Shown here: positions 13,223 through 26,400 of the stretch, one piece after another
How the letters are laid out: every line of letters starts with the position of its first letter
Position numbering within the stretch: the stretch's first letter is position 1
Assembly (NCBI GenBank): GCA_001662655.1
Contig: KV460265.1
Origin: Pseudogymnoascus verrucosus
Lineage: Eukaryota
Direction: 5' to 3' (one strand)
DNA length: 64,000 nucleotides
Made by a program: the position numbers and the translations under genes
Notes under the pieces: generated by a model
The model's database searches: none
The model's input: only the letters and a program-made list of their open reading frames with translations
What the model was told of the DNA's origin: nothing

Positions 13223-13984
13223 ATGTTTTCACTATTCCAAAACCTCCCCTACGAGCTCCGCCACGAAATTTGGCGTTACCATATCCCAGCACCACGCGTT
13301 ATCGAGACACGCTACGATGGGGCCACTGGCAGAGTTCTCCCAGGATCTGTCCCGCCTATTTTACTCCATGTGTGCCAGGAGTCTCGCAGATTTCTTCTAT
13401 CCACGGAAATAGGATTCAGTATGCAGTTTGGCACGTCAGGAAATCCTGCCGCTGTTTGCATAAACGCAAAGACGGACGCTGTTCAGATTGACTATGATGC
13501 TCTCAAGTATAACCATATAAAACCTGCAGAGTTCGAAACCATTGTTCACCTTGAGCTCTGTGGTAGCTCACTCTACAACGAAGACTCCGTCGATATACTC
13601 CGCCAACTCGTGAAATTTCAAAATCTTGACACGGTTTCACTAGTCGCGCCCTCGAAGCCATTCTTGGAGTCTCTAGTCCAAACCCAAGGTCACTCTATCG
13701 TGGACTATTTTTTGGCCCAGTGTGTTTACACGGCCGCAATGGCGACGAGAGTGTGGGAACTCGATATCGACATGAAGAAGCCACAGTACGACACTTGGAG
13801 GAAGCCGCTCCTGAACAGAATTTTTCTGAGGGATGACGGATCTCGCTTCACTGAAGAAGGAGAGTTTAACCCAGTTTGGGGTCTGGGTGTCTCTATTATT
13901 CACACAAAAGCTGATTTTGCGATGTCGACCATGGCGCGCCGTTTGGAGGAGTGGAGACGCAACAGGGGGACCCAATCTGCATAG
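13223..13984 (+). CDS. 2EXR-domain protein
   Basis: FSLFQNLPYELRHEIW...PRVIE...PPILLHVCQESR is the typical fungal 2EXR signature. Intronless, 253 aa. Confidence 0.8.
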   Translation: MFSLFQNLPYELRHEIWRYHIPAPRVIETRYDGATGRVLPGSVPPILLHVCQESRRFLLSTEIGFSMQFGTSGNPAAVCINAKTDAVQIDYDALKYNHIKPAEFETIVHLELCGSSLYNEDSVDILRQLVKFQNLDTVSLVAPSKPFLESLVQTQGHSIVDYFLAQCVYTAAMATRVWELDIDMKKPQYDTWRKPLLNRIFLRDDGSRFTEEGEFNPVWGLGVSIIHTKADFAMSTMARRLEEWRRNRGTQSA

Positions 13985-14190
13985 GTCTAGGAACAGTTTA
14001 CTCTAAATTGTCCAGTTGAGAAAGAGGGTGGCGCTGTGTGGCTCGGCACAGTTTCTATTCGAGGCTGCTTGGTTGAGAAACGGGGTGGTACTATATGGCT
14101 GGGTACAGTTCCTATTCTGAACTGCTTAGTTGAGAACGAGGGTGACACAATCTGCCCGAGTAGTTTTTATTCTAAAGTTCTTAGTGCAAA
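13984..14190. repeat. 57-bp tandem repeat, about 3.5 diverged copies
   Basis: GTTGAGAA occurs at 14015, 14072 and 14129 (period 57). ACAGTT-like and GGGTG motifs recur with the same spacing. Confidence 0.8.
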
Positions 14191-14614
14191 GCAAAGCAAG
14201 GACAAAGTCGCATATATCGTGTGCTAGCCCGATCTCCTGCTCTCTGAGTCTCTCAGAGCCTCAAAGTCGATCTCGCTATCTGAGCCACTAGAAGAGTAAT
14301 ATAGTAGCTCAACCCCGCGTTTCTTGTTGTCATCTTTGAACTATGCTTAGTGTATGCGGAGATGTAATGAAAATTCTTCAATAATACTTTCATACATCGT
14401 ACGAAAACGTGTATCTCCTATGAAACTCCCACCGCCGCCGTCTGACTCCCACGGTATGACAAGGCTAATCCTCAGCCTTGCCGACGTCAGTGTCGAGAGG
14501 CGGCGAACAGCGGCAGTATAAAAATGTGCCCCTCCAAGACTCTAGAGGGGCATGTTAACTAAAATTCATTTCCAAACGATATATACCATCTAGGCGCATC
14601 TCAATACTGCCAAA

Positions 14615-15911
14615 ATGCCCTCTGAACTTGAGGATCTTGTAGGATTTATAAATCATGGCAGTACCCCTGTGCGACAACTAGGTATGCCCAACCCCCACAC
14701 TTTTGTGCGACGAGTGCTGATGAACCGCATGGTAGCTGTCGAGAATCTGGTGCCATACTCTTTGAGCCAGCCGGCGATATTCAAGACGGACGGTCTATTA
14801 CCAGTTAAACATCTTAAACTTTTGGTTAGAGATTATCCGGTATGTGGCCCCAAGTCGTCTTCAGATGGCAGTGCCTAACAAGAGGTACAGCAAATAGCCA
14901 AGAATGCTCTCGACATCCTTATCAACCTCTCTGATGACCATGAGATCCTCGAGGATCTCTCAAAAGACAACACTCTTCTAGATTCCCTCTTAAGTCGCCT
15001 CACGGTATGTTGGCCCTTTAAAGTCCCACTTTTGCAATCTTGCGCTGACTTTCGTTCCTGGACAGAACCCAACCGAGCCAAATGCAAACTTAATAGCTAT
15101 GCTTCTCGCCAACCTCGGAAAAGAAGATAATATAAAGATCCTTCTGCAGCTAGGCTGCGTATCTCCAGAAGGTCTACGTTCCAGCGACCGCATCATCGAC
15201 CAGCTGTTCGATTTATTCGTCAAAGGCGCAGATGGGACATACAATAAAGATGCCAACTTCGACTACCTCGCATACCTCTTCGCTGACATCGCAAAACACA
15301 CTGAGGGCCGGAAGTACTTCCTGACCAAGCAAGAATACGATGGCGTCATCCCATTGACCAAGCTCACGGTCTTCACAGAACACAAGAGTGATGTGAGGAG
15401 GAAGGGTGTCGCGAGCACGATTAAGAACGTGGCGTTTGAGACGGACAAACACGACTTGTTTCTTGCTGAGGACCAGATCAATATCTTGCCTTACCTGCTA
15501 CTACCGATCATCGGCGGAGAAGAGTACAGCGACGAGGACCAGGAGGGCATGCTGGATGATTTGCAGCTACTCCCACCTGACAAGGCGAGAGATAGTGATC
15601 CCGAGATCATTAAGGCGCACGTGGAAACACTAATGCTGTTGACTAACAGCAGGGAGGGGAGAGACACAATGAGGAGTATCAAAGTCTATCCTGTGATCAG
15701 AGAGACACATCTTGCTGTTGAGGATGAGGGGGTGAGGGAGGCTTGTGAGAGGCTGGTGCAAGTGCTAATGCGGGACGAGGAGGGACAGGAGGTGAGCGAT
15801 GGGATGAAGCAATTAGAGCGCACCAGCAAAAGAACGGTGCCAGCGACGAAGGGCGGCGGGTGGGCAGATCAGGAGAGCGAAGACGATGATGATGAAATTA
15901 GAGAAGTCTAA
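14615..15911 (+). CDS. HGH1: Hgh1/FAM203 eEF2 chaperone (4 exons)
   Basis: MPSELEDLVGF...RQL|AVENLVPYS, DYLAYLFADI, RRKGVASTIKNVAF, NILPYLLLPI, LQLLPPDKARDSD. Canonical introns at 14682-14734, 14840-14890 and 15005-15065. Confidence 0.9.
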
Positions 15912-16347
15912 TAGACTGAGTGAACCCAAATATATCGAAATATATCCACCAATATCCAACGCCTGACATCTTTCATCGTCAATTGTCTCAAGCATTCCTC
16001 AATTCATGCTCTCTCAATGGATGTGTTTCAGAAGTCTCAGAAAGGGGGGTACCTGCGTGTGTCACGTGAAATGTCATGCAACTTGTACCTTGTCGGGTCA
16101 TGCGTGCCCAACGCCAGCGACATGGTAACATTTCTTTCACCAAACTCAATTGAAAGCTCGAAATTGCCAGATAAAGACAGATATTATTGACTTAATGTAT
16201 GTCACGTCGGACAGCTTTGAGACTTCATAATTGCCCTCTCCTTAGCGGCCAGGCGGTGGAGGTTGGTGCCTGGGAAGTCATAAACAAGCCCGACCGCCCC
16301 CATCACAACCCAGCCATCAATGCCTCCGTAAACAAATTAATTCGGTC

Positions 16348-17500
16348 ATGGAATATATAGTACGTTCCCCTCAAAAATCCCCAATCGAGCCATTCTAACA
16401 CCCGACAGAAAGGATTTCTCCCGTGGCCCACCACCCCCGTCCCAGGCGTCCGCCTCTCCGCCTCCGGCCTACTCGCCCTCGCCGACCTCAGCACAATCGC
16501 CAACCGCACCGCCATAACCGGCACCTCAACATGGCTCGACATGCTTGTCCTCGCCCCCGGCCTGCACAACCAGCAGCGCGCAGACACCCTCTCTGACCTC
16601 CCAAACCCGCTCACTCAACCCCTCCTCACCACCCCCGCCCACCGCCCTACCAGCCTCACAAACGCAGCTACGATCCGCTACCTCGCGCGACTCGGCGCGG
16701 GTTCCCGTCCTGTCACACTTCGCGTCGGGTCGCCGCGCACGCAATCCCTGCGCAGGACCGTTAGCACGGTTTCGTTGAAGCGCGTTCGTCAGACCCCGCG
16801 GCCCAGTCTGATGGCTCCACTCCTGTATATCACCGCCCTTTTATTCACCGTTGGCGCAATGGCACTCATGGTCTTGACGCGCGACTGGTGGGGTGTAGGG
16901 ATCCTGAGTGCGCTGATGCTTGCTCGTGCGCTGAATATCTGGATTATCCGCTCCCGCACGTCCGGGGGCGCACCGCCATCCGCGCAGGCTTCTATGCAGG
17001 CATCTGAGCAGGCATCTGGGCAGGCGTCTGCGCCGACGTCTGCGCCACCAGGATCGCCGCCCCCTACGCCGGCGGATGCGGAGCCCGAGAGCTGGAAAGT
17101 CAAGATTGATGGGGAGAGGGAGATTTGTCTTCATGGCATGGCTGACGACCTAGAGGCTTTGACGGGGGGTATCTGGATGCGTGGGAAGACTGCTGTGGAG
17201 GGGTACATAGAGGCGGCGGCGAAGTTGATTGTCTATCTTGTTGCGGCGTTTAGTGGGAATATGCACCAGACGGGTGATATGGTACTGCTTCTGCTGCTGT
17301 TGTTTTCGGCGGGCTTGCTGGCGTTGAGTAATTCGAGGGAGGACCGATTCTGGATGAATGGACGGTCGGCGGTTATTATTCCTGGGTTTGCTGAGGTCAT
17401 GGATGGGCTTGCAACGCCGGATTGGGGGGGGACGACGGATGGTGGGGACGATATGAAGGGCGGTGGTGATGGGACGCCGGGGAGCGTGATGTCTGTGTGA
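16348..17500 (+). CDS. Hypothetical multi-pass membrane protein (2 exons)
   Basis: ATG GAA TAT ATA|GTACGT...CTAAC...CAG|AAA GGA joins in frame (exon 2 from 16409) to ORF 16541-17500. About four hydrophobic segments. Confidence 0.7.
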
Positions 17501-17856
17501 ATTACGGGTTTTAATGGTGGGATTATCACGGATTGCGGGAGTCTTTGCGAGGTTCTTGGAGTATTTGATATGGTGTCCGTTCATGGTACCCGGCTGGTTT
17601 TGGAGAGGTTATCAATTTTTGGAGCGACGAGCGACGACCATTATGACTTATCACGAGAGTTCCTGGGGCGCAACGGGTTATATATACCCTCTGCGAACGC
17701 ATGTTTATCTTTAGAACACCACAGAAGTCATAGACTTAGATATATATATTAAAAACGGGAAAATCGCCTGGCTGGGTATAGAAAATAGAAAAAACAATTA
17801 TTCTTTATCAATATTATACATCGCAGCCCTTTAATTTCAACATCAGATGCCTCAAT

Positions 17857-18798
17857 TCATCTCATCAGCCAGTCAAACACCTCAATCGCCCACCTTTCCG
17901 GCTTATCCAGCATAACCAAATGACCTGCATCAGGAATAAACGCAGTCTCCTTCACCTTCCCCCCCAGCCTCTGAATCGTCTCCTCTATCCTCGCCCTCGG
18001 GATCCACTGGTCCTCCTCCCCCCACACAATCTTCACATCACACCTCACCCTTCCATACGCCCCCCCCTCCAGCATCTCCGCCACATCCCCATCATCCGCC
18101 TGCGCAATCTGCCTCACAAAACTCCTCTGACGCTCTCCCACCTCCCCACCATCCTCATCAATCCACAGCCCCATAAGCGCATCCTCCCACCCCGCCTCCA
18201 GAACCTTAACATCATGACACGCGCTCTTGATAACCGCACGCACAACAGCTTCATGGATCTTAGCCGGGAGTTTCACGAACGTCTGCGGCTCTGAGCGCGC
18301 GAGCTTGTAGAACCCATCGCCCCAGGGTAACACGCAATTGCTCTCCGCTAGCAGCATAGATGCGAAGTTGCAGTCATGTAGGAGGTGCGCGCGCAGGACG
18401 ATCGTGCCGGCGATGTCGTGCGCTACCACCGCGGGCGCGGGGTTGGTGTCCTTTCCATCGAGCTGTACGTGGTTGAGTAGTGCGGAGAGGGCTGTGGCTT
18501 GGAATTTCACGGATGTGTCGCCGGGGAAGGAGGCTTTGGGTGTAGTTGAGTTGCTATCGGGATTGTACTCCTGCGATTGTCCGTAGCCGGGCAGGTCGTA
18601 GATGAGAATCTTATATGAGCCTTTTGCTAGAAGTGCTTCGACAATAGGTTTAAAAACAACCGAGGACCAAGGTGTGCCGTGGACGAAGACTACAGGTTTG
18701 GGCGGGGCGCGGGTTGATCCTGCTGTCGTGTTGCTAGAAGTTTCGAGGTCATATCGGATATTCCACCCTTGGAACTCAAATGTTGACGGTAAATCCAT
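17857..18798 (-). CDS. Alpha/beta-fold hydrolase, Asp-nucleophile (epoxide hydrolase/dehalogenase-like)
   Basis: HGTPWSS oxyanion motif, DLPGYGQS, AHDIAG nucleophile elbow, WGEEDQWIP and AGHLV. Intronless. Confidence 0.88.
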   Translation of the reverse strand: MDLPSTFEFQGWNIRYDLETSSNTTAGSTRAPPKPVVFVHGTPWSSVVFKPIVEALLAKGSYKILIYDLPGYGQSQEYNPDSNSTTPKASFPGDTSVKFQATALSALLNHVQLDGKDTNPAPAVVAHDIAGTIVLRAHLLHDCNFASMLLAESNCVLPWGDGFYKLARSEPQTFVKLPAKIHEAVVRAVIKSACHDVKVLEAGWEDALMGLWIDEDGGEVGERQRSFVRQIAQADDGDVAEMLEGGAYGRVRCDVKIVWGEEDQWIPRARIEETIQRLGGKVKETAFIPDAGHLVMLDKPERWAIEVFDWLMR

Positions 18799-21700
18799 AT
18801 CGTTCAGCCTATTCTGTATTGATCAAGTAAAAGGAAAATTCCATCTATTTTAGCAGTTTCTAGGAATTAGGGGTGAGATTTTATAGATTATACTTCAAGG
18901 TGGTTCCTGAGGAAGGATCGACTCAGTTACGTCAGTTTCCAAGTTATCCTTGCAAACAAGGGCGTGTTATAGTGCAAGCAAGCTGGAAAAGCTCGTCATG
19001 GTGAGAATTAGATTTATAATGTATATATGTGAATTGAAACTTCTGTAACCAAAATCAGAGAATTTCGACATTTAATATGGCTATATTTTTGCTACAAAAA
19101 TTCAGATTAAGAAATTTCCAACAAAATAAATCTACAATTAATCAATAATAAAAGAGGAGGACGAGTTTTTTTAAACAGAACAGAGTTGAAATCCCACAGT
19201 ACCCCTTCGCCTTATTTAAATTCCCGTATAACCTAACCTACAGGTAATAATTCTAAGAAGTGTCGTTGGAAGTGAGAAAATCCAAGTCACATGACATCCA
19301 TACTTGCCTCCCTAACCTTGTGATATTATTAGACACAACGAGAGCAATGAAATATCTCCCTAGCCCTGCATCTTAGGGACCTTTTCACCATACCGCGCGG
19401 AATCGGGTATTCCACACATCTTTCCGCGATCAATGCAGTAGTCCTTGGGGCTTTAACCCCCCGGTTGGACAACTGTGACACGAAGCCGAAGAAATGAAAC
19501 AAACGCATCGCCGAACCAGACCAAACCCAACGCCAGACAATCAGGAACTTATCTCGCACCCATCGAGTCAGTCAGTCAGTCACCTGATACCGCGTCACCT
19601 CCTCATCCTCCATTTAGACACCGAAATTAGAATTCCACCTCTTGCAGCGCCAAGCACGCCTCCCCCTTTCTCGGGAGAAAACCAGCCTTATCTTACCTTA
19701 CTTTGCTCAACCCTGTGACAGGGAAGAGAAGTTCTAGGGCTGGACCGTGCGTTTTACGAGTCGGATGTCGGATGGGGCCGGATGGACGTTGAGGGCGCGC
19801 GCGTGGGAATAGTATCGTGGCGCTGGGGTGGAGATGGGAAGACCGTATACTCCTAAGGGCGCGAGCGAGTGGATATCCGGGAATCTCGCAGAACCCTCTC
19901 GACGCCAACACGCGCGAAGGGAAAGGAGAAATCTCCGTCGTCGTCTTGACTGGCTGGCGGGCTGCGGCGCAGTGCCGAGGATCATCCACTTTATGAGTCT
20001 GGGAAAGCGAGATTAGCAGCACAGCGCAGGAAATAGAGATGGGTGTTTAATAAGCTTTGCGGCTCAAGCTGACCTGTCGTGCCGCGGTATTACTTGAGTT
20101 CACCTTTATGCCCGGAATGGGAGATGATGGAAAAAAGAGGTTGTCAGACGGGGGGTGTTTGCTGCGAGTTTTGTGGGTTTGGCTGGTGTGGTGTGTTTTG
20201 GGTGGTGTTGGGTTCTGCTGGGTGCTGGTGGGGTGGTAGGTAGGGGATGTGAGAATGTAAGACGGATGAATCGCACAAACGATCGACATAGGGCTGAGCG
20301 GGTGGTGGAGATGATACGGAACTTGGAGAGATTGGATGGATGGAGATGAGTGGCTGGTGGGGGAGGATGAGTGGCTAGAGCAGTGCTGCCTTGTGCACGG
20401 TGAGAGGGTCTGGTAAGGCTTTTGAGGTGATGGTTGGTTGATTACGTTGAAGAACGGAATGGTGGTGATCTCGATTGCTGATGTTTCCAACAGAAATAAG
20501 TCATGGTCAGAAGTATCTTGGCATAAATCAGCGCACCTGATAAGTTTTTATGCAGTGGCCGACCGAGGATAATGCGTGGGTGTGTGCATGTTTCTATATT
20601 TGCATCCCCTTGTGCGCCTTGAGGCTTGAGCTATTGATCAAAACTTCCCGCTCCATCCCGTCCGTCTGACTGAGCAAGAACATGAAAAAGGGGTGTGGGT
20701 GAGAGAAAAGTTGTCTCGGTATCACGTGTTCTCTCTCTATCTCACAACGGCTGGTGTGCCATTCACGTGGGTTTGAGGCAGTGAAGGAGAGGTTCGTGAG
20801 AATTTTTTTTGTGAGGAGGCCGTAAGGAGCCAGAAGCCCACTTTCAAATGAGCACAGGCGTTGTTTGGAGTTTCTGGACCCCTGGCGTTGTCACTTTCTG
20901 ACAGCCGAAACTCGCGGGATAGGTTCTCCACTATAGCTTTGGAGGTACTGCGCTGGAGTGGAAACAGCGGAATCACTTTGAACCCTGAAACTCTGCGACT
21001 AACAAAATTCTTTTATCTCTCTTTTCTCACTTGAACCATGACCGTGATGCATGCACATTACATTACAGCATGCATTATGGGGTACATATCTCTTTTCCTC
21101 GTTGACGATTCTTGGGGTTTACTCGGCATGGGCATATCAAGACCAGTTATACCGCAAGTACCTCCCCTAGCAACAGTAAGCAGGCAGACAGGTCCCACGG
21201 TCCCACATCCTCCCATGTCCCCAAAGCTTCATAGCTCCAAGTGGCGCCGCCCTCGCCCCAAATAGCCCCAATAGTCTCAAACCTCACCATCCCATTGGCC
21301 CTTGGCCTCAGATATGCGCAAAAGCCACCTCAAGCGTGGAAATGAACATCGTCACATCCCAATTCCTGGACAAACAAACTTCACACTACTGACCAATCCC
21401 AGCCCTCCCCAGCCGAACGCTGCCTCAGCTGCCAGATGCCGAGCGAGCTTAGTCCCCATGCAGACGCGGTGGAGATGTGATGGCCGCAGCGACGTCCGTC
21501 TCAGCCTTGGGCTTCCAGACCCAGTGGGCGTGAGGCTTTCTCTCGCCCACGGCGCACACTTCGCTAAGACGTCCTGTCATGGCATGTCTGTCATGCTCGA
21601 ACCCCGTTTGCGCCGGCTGGAGACGTGGCGCGGGTCTAGACGGCAAACGGAACTGATGAGTCGAGGATGGGATAGGATAGGGGCGGGCAAGTAGTTTTTT

Positions 21701-21849
21701 TTTCTTTGTGGTGGGCTGATGGGATCAGCGTTATAAGACCTCTCCCGTCCCTCTCGTTTTCTCATCGTTCTCACTTTCTCCATATACCAATCAACCATCC
21801 ACCAAACAACACACATTCGTTCTTCCCCTCCCAAGAAACAACTGTCACA

Positions 21850-22607
21850 ATGGCCACTTACGAGAACACCCAGCAACAGCAAGTTGCCCAGCCTCAATAC
21901 GCACCTGCCCCGCAACAGCAGGTTGTGCAGCAGCCATATGCATCCCAGCCTGCCCCCGTTGCCGGTCCCCCAGCTGGAAACGACGATGTCGCGCACTGGA
22001 CTAACCGCATCACCGCCGCACTGAACAAGCCCGAGACCATCACCGGCCCCGTCCCTGCGTCGCATCAGCCATGGCACAACCGCTTCCTCGAGTTCTTCCA
22101 GCCTATTGATCTCTGTATGTTCCCCCCTTCTCACGCAAACGACTCTCTCCCCATTCCAGCCAAGTCGGCGTACTAATTTGAGAATCCAGGCCTGATCACC
22201 TGCTGCTGCCCCTGCGTCACCTTCGGCAAGACCCACCATCGCCTCCACCACGATGCAAACCTCAAGGACTACAGCCCCGTCAACGCCTCCTGCCTCGGGT
22301 GGTGGGCGAGCGGATGCTGCGCCGCTACCGCGGTGGGTATCGTGCTCCAGCGCCGCACGATCATGGATCGCTTCGGTCTTACTGGTGATTTCCCCGTTAA
22401 CTGCCTGAGGGGTTGCTTCTGCGGATGCTGCGATCTGTAAGTTCCCCAATTGAATGAGAGTTCTTCGATAAAAGAGTGAGTGCTGACAATCGAAATAGTA
22501 TCCAGCAGGAGAAGGAAGTCGAGTACCGCCTCCTCCAACAGGGTGGCGTTACGGAGCAGCCGACTGCCAACCACGAGATGAAGGTTCCGGGTGGGCAACA
22601 GTACTAG
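21850..22607 (+). CDS. PLAC8-family Cys-rich membrane protein (3 exons)
   Basis: Spliced product reads PWHNRF...CLITCCCPCVTFGKTHHRL...LQRRTIMDRFGLTGDFPVNCLRGCFCGCCDLIQQEKEV. Introns at about 22115-22189 and 22437-22498; Gln/Pro-rich N-terminus. Confidence 0.88.
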
Positions 22608-23477
22608 ATACCCCCATCCACCACCGCCGTCGCTCATTCAAACAACCCCAAAACACACACATACCAACACACGGAATTTTCTTTTTAACTACCATCGTCA
22701 GTCCACCGAAGATACCCTGATATAAAAACGGGAAAACAAACAAACAGAGGAGAGAAGAGATGCAGAAACCAGAGGGGGGCTCGGGACGGGGAGAGGCGCA
22801 GGTCCGAGAGAGGAGGGTGGTTTTGCGAAACATTGTAGTATCTTGCGGAACGTGCTGGCGTCTTTGTCTAATACCCGGATCTTGATCCTACCTAGCCTAA
22901 TATGAATCACACTTTTATATGTACCATCAAACCGTTTATTTATTGTTTTTCTGTCATGGTGAGTGTTGTGGTTGCAAGTAGTTGTTCGACAGGCTTTTGG
23001 TTGTTGCTTGCTTCCTGTCGTGGGGATGGTGGTGGTAGAGTTCCAAGGTGATAGTTGAGGTACTAAGGGTGTTGCTGTGAGGAGTGATCGAACAGCAGGA
23101 TCAATCATGGACGGTCATAGTAAATATTGCAAAGTCGTCACAACTGTAGTCAATACCCTATTGAGGCTTATCACGACATGGGTACTTGCGGTGTGAACCA
23201 CATTTACTATAGATATTTCGCTGCCTCAGTGTGACTTTGTCATGATTGGCAGGTGTTATAAGTTGCAAGTCGGCAAGGCGGAGCAGCGCTGAGACGTGGC
23301 AGGCCTCAGCCTCCTTGTCTCAATGAGGCGACGAGAAGGCCTACCTCAGCCTCGTACGTATATAAAACCCAACCAACCCCATACTATCTACCTTAGATAG
23401 GAGCACCAGGCCAGATATGAGCCAAATATAATGCGACCATATCACAAGCCCTGATTAGCGCAATAGTCTAATCGATT

Positions 23478-26400
23478 ATGGCGTCTAATCCAACATCACC
23501 GATGAGCGGCCCGGATGAAGAATTCCTCAAGTCTCACGAACTATTTTTTAGTGCGTTATCCGGAAATGACAGGTCTCAATTCAAGTCTTGTAAATCGCCA
23601 GAGGAACTCTTAGAGGAGGTGAAGAAGTTCTCTCGTTTCAAAGACGAGAAAGGGAGCTGGGCAAGACCCATCATATGCATTCAGAAGTTCAGCGACAGGC
23701 TTGCTCCGTACTTTGAGATCATAACTATATTTACGCAGTCACACCCGGAATTGAGTTCTATAGCCTGGGGGGCAGTGAGGTTGATATTACAGGTAAGCTT
23801 AATGAAACCGCACACGAGTTAATAAGTACTGCAAGAATCGCTAATAGCAGAGAAGCTAGCTCACAACTTCACCTCCTTTTTCGACAAACTGACGGAAATC
23901 TTGGACGAAATTGGTCGAACAATACCACGCTATCAAGAAATTCTTACACTAGCACCTGGAGAGTTGTCTACTAGATTTCGTTCATCTCTAGTTGCTTTTT
24001 ACCGAGACCTCTTCGAGTTCTTCACATCAGTTGCATGTGTTTTTACCCAAAAAAGCGGAAGTGAGGGTTTTCCATTTTAGCCACACATAATTTTGTACAG
24101 TTACTAATTAAAATACCTAGAGCTAAAGCGAACGCCAGTTGTCATATCGCAATTGCTATGGAAGCCGTTTAGCGTACGGTATACTAACTTTGTGAAGAGA
24201 CTAGATTTCCACGGTGATGTCTTAGAGGACGAAGAAAATTTAATGAGAACAAAAACTCTTTTCCAGATAAAGAAGTCACAAGATGAGATGCTACATGACG
24301 TTGAAGAGCAACGCCAAGAAGAAAATGAGTACAAGTCGCTACTTTCTATCATTCATGAGAAGGTGTCCGCTGTTGAACTAAGTAAACAAATATCTCTCGT
24401 CCATTTATGAGACGTGTTAACTTACAACGCACCACAGAAAACATTCGCGATTCTGTAAAAGATTGGCTACAATTGCCATCTTCTGGTGAAATTCAAGAGC
24501 CTTTATCGGATGCGCAACGCTTGCGAGATTCTAATACGGGCACATGGATATTCGACGACAATCAATTTGTTGCCTGGCATCAGAGTAATCCTAGTCATTC
24601 TGACCAGTGCCATCCCCTCTCTAACGCACTCTGGGTTCGAGGTGAGCTTCCTTATTATGTGTTTCTATGGCCCATTCTCATTAGATCTAGGAAACCCAGG
24701 CACCGGAAAGTCTGTCCTCGCAGCTTCTGTTTTAGACTGGCTCGGAACGTCAGGCCGCCACGATAGAGACCAAAATCAAGCCTTGGCATACTTTTTCTTC
24801 TCGTTCAGATCCCCCCCTACACGACGACTGTCCAATGCATACCGAGAAATCCTCTCACAAATATTTCGGCAGTTACAAGAGAATGCTGCAGTGCTAGATT
24901 GCTTTACCTTTGCCGCAGCCAAGTCGGCAACAAGTTGCGCTAGTATAAAGGATCTCCTAGCATTGCTTAAACTTTTAGCACGGCATATTCCTCGGTTTAC
25001 TCTTCTGTTCGATGGATTGGATGAGTCGGATGACCCCGAAGACCTTATTAAGTCACTTGCTACATGTTTCTCTGGAACCCCGGCTAAGATGATATTCTTC
25101 AGTAGGCCGAATGTTCGGGCTTTAATGGCAGCACCTCGGATAGAACAAATCACCTTGTTACGCCATTCGGTAGAGGCTGACATTCGAATATACCTGTCCC
25201 ATCGACTTGAAGGTCTCCATGAGAAGCTTCCTCCTAGTTACCCTGAGGAGAAGATTTTGACACATTTACTCGACAGTGCAAATGGAATGTTTCTTTGGGC
25301 TAGGCTTATGATGGACTACTTGGAGTCACCAGCTTTAGACCCACCGGAAACTCGATTAGCTTCAATATGGGAGACCACCCAACACGAAACTCTCAACGAC
25401 ATGTATATTCGAATTCTCCAGCACATAGGGAAAAAAACGAAGCCCGAGATAGATATGGCTCGCCGAATTCTATACTGGTTATCATTTTATGCTCGCCCAA
25501 TTGAAGCTGGCGAGCTTTGGGAGGCTATTTATAGTCTGACGACCCCTTCTCCACCCCCAGGTCTCACGGATCATGTTATCCCGTCACCAAAGCAAACGGA
25601 GGATTTCGATCACGCTATTGTGATTATTTCTACTTGCCTTGCCGAGAAGCATGAATTTGGATATCGACTCGTTCATCAAAGTGTTGTCGAATTCTTCAGG
25701 ACATGGAGCGAGGAATTGCTTTGTAATGACCCCGTTGTCTTACAGTTGTTACTAGAACCAGGCGAGGCACATTGCTTGCTTGCAAATGCATGCCTTTCCT
25801 ACTTGGTTAACCGCATTCCTGCACAACCACTTTCTGGGGATATGCGGCAAGGAGTCTCGATGCACAGAATCCGGTTTGGCTTTCCTCTTGTGAAGTATGC
25901 ATGTTTGTATTGGACGCACCATCTTAAGGAGTTTCTCGAATGCAATATGGATGCAATCCAGGCTCGCTTTCAGCATAGTGCACCATCCGTTACAAGGGGT
26001 TTTGTTAACCTCGTCAAGACTTTGTCAATATTTCTTGCCAATAAGCTTTTTGCAAATACCTGGGTAGAGCTGCAATATATGGTTTGTAATCATACAGATC
26101 TCTTAAGACATATCAATGACTTAGGCGACTGTTGTGACCTAATAGAATCGCTCCCTACAACATGCCTTCCAAAGAACTTGCGGGAGTTATTAGGCAAGAT
26201 CACATATTTGCATAGGGATATTCTGGCACTAAATTCAGCATGGGGTCCAACTTTAGAGGAAAACCCACATTACATTTGGAACGACATTACAGCATTTCAG
26301 GAGAGCTCTTCTTTCATGAAAACATCTGCAGTCACAGTGCGATCCATGGCGCCGTCGCAATTCGATAGCCAGATACTCACTTCGAAGCCACTCATCTCTC

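Noticed and set aside
13982..14035. Stop-codon readthrough of 2EXR into the 57-bp repeat
   Set aside because: A second in-frame TAG follows two codons later.
12804..14190. Possible CRISPR-like arrays
   Set aside because: The repeats are contiguous degenerate tandem units with no unique spacers, in a eukaryotic context with no cas genes.
19300..21800. Short ORFs in the long interval before PLAC8
   Set aside because: No coherent exon chain or recognisable motifs; treated as regulatory DNA.
21577..22449. 290-aa ORF on the minus strand
   Set aside because: Antisense to the spliced PLAC8 gene.
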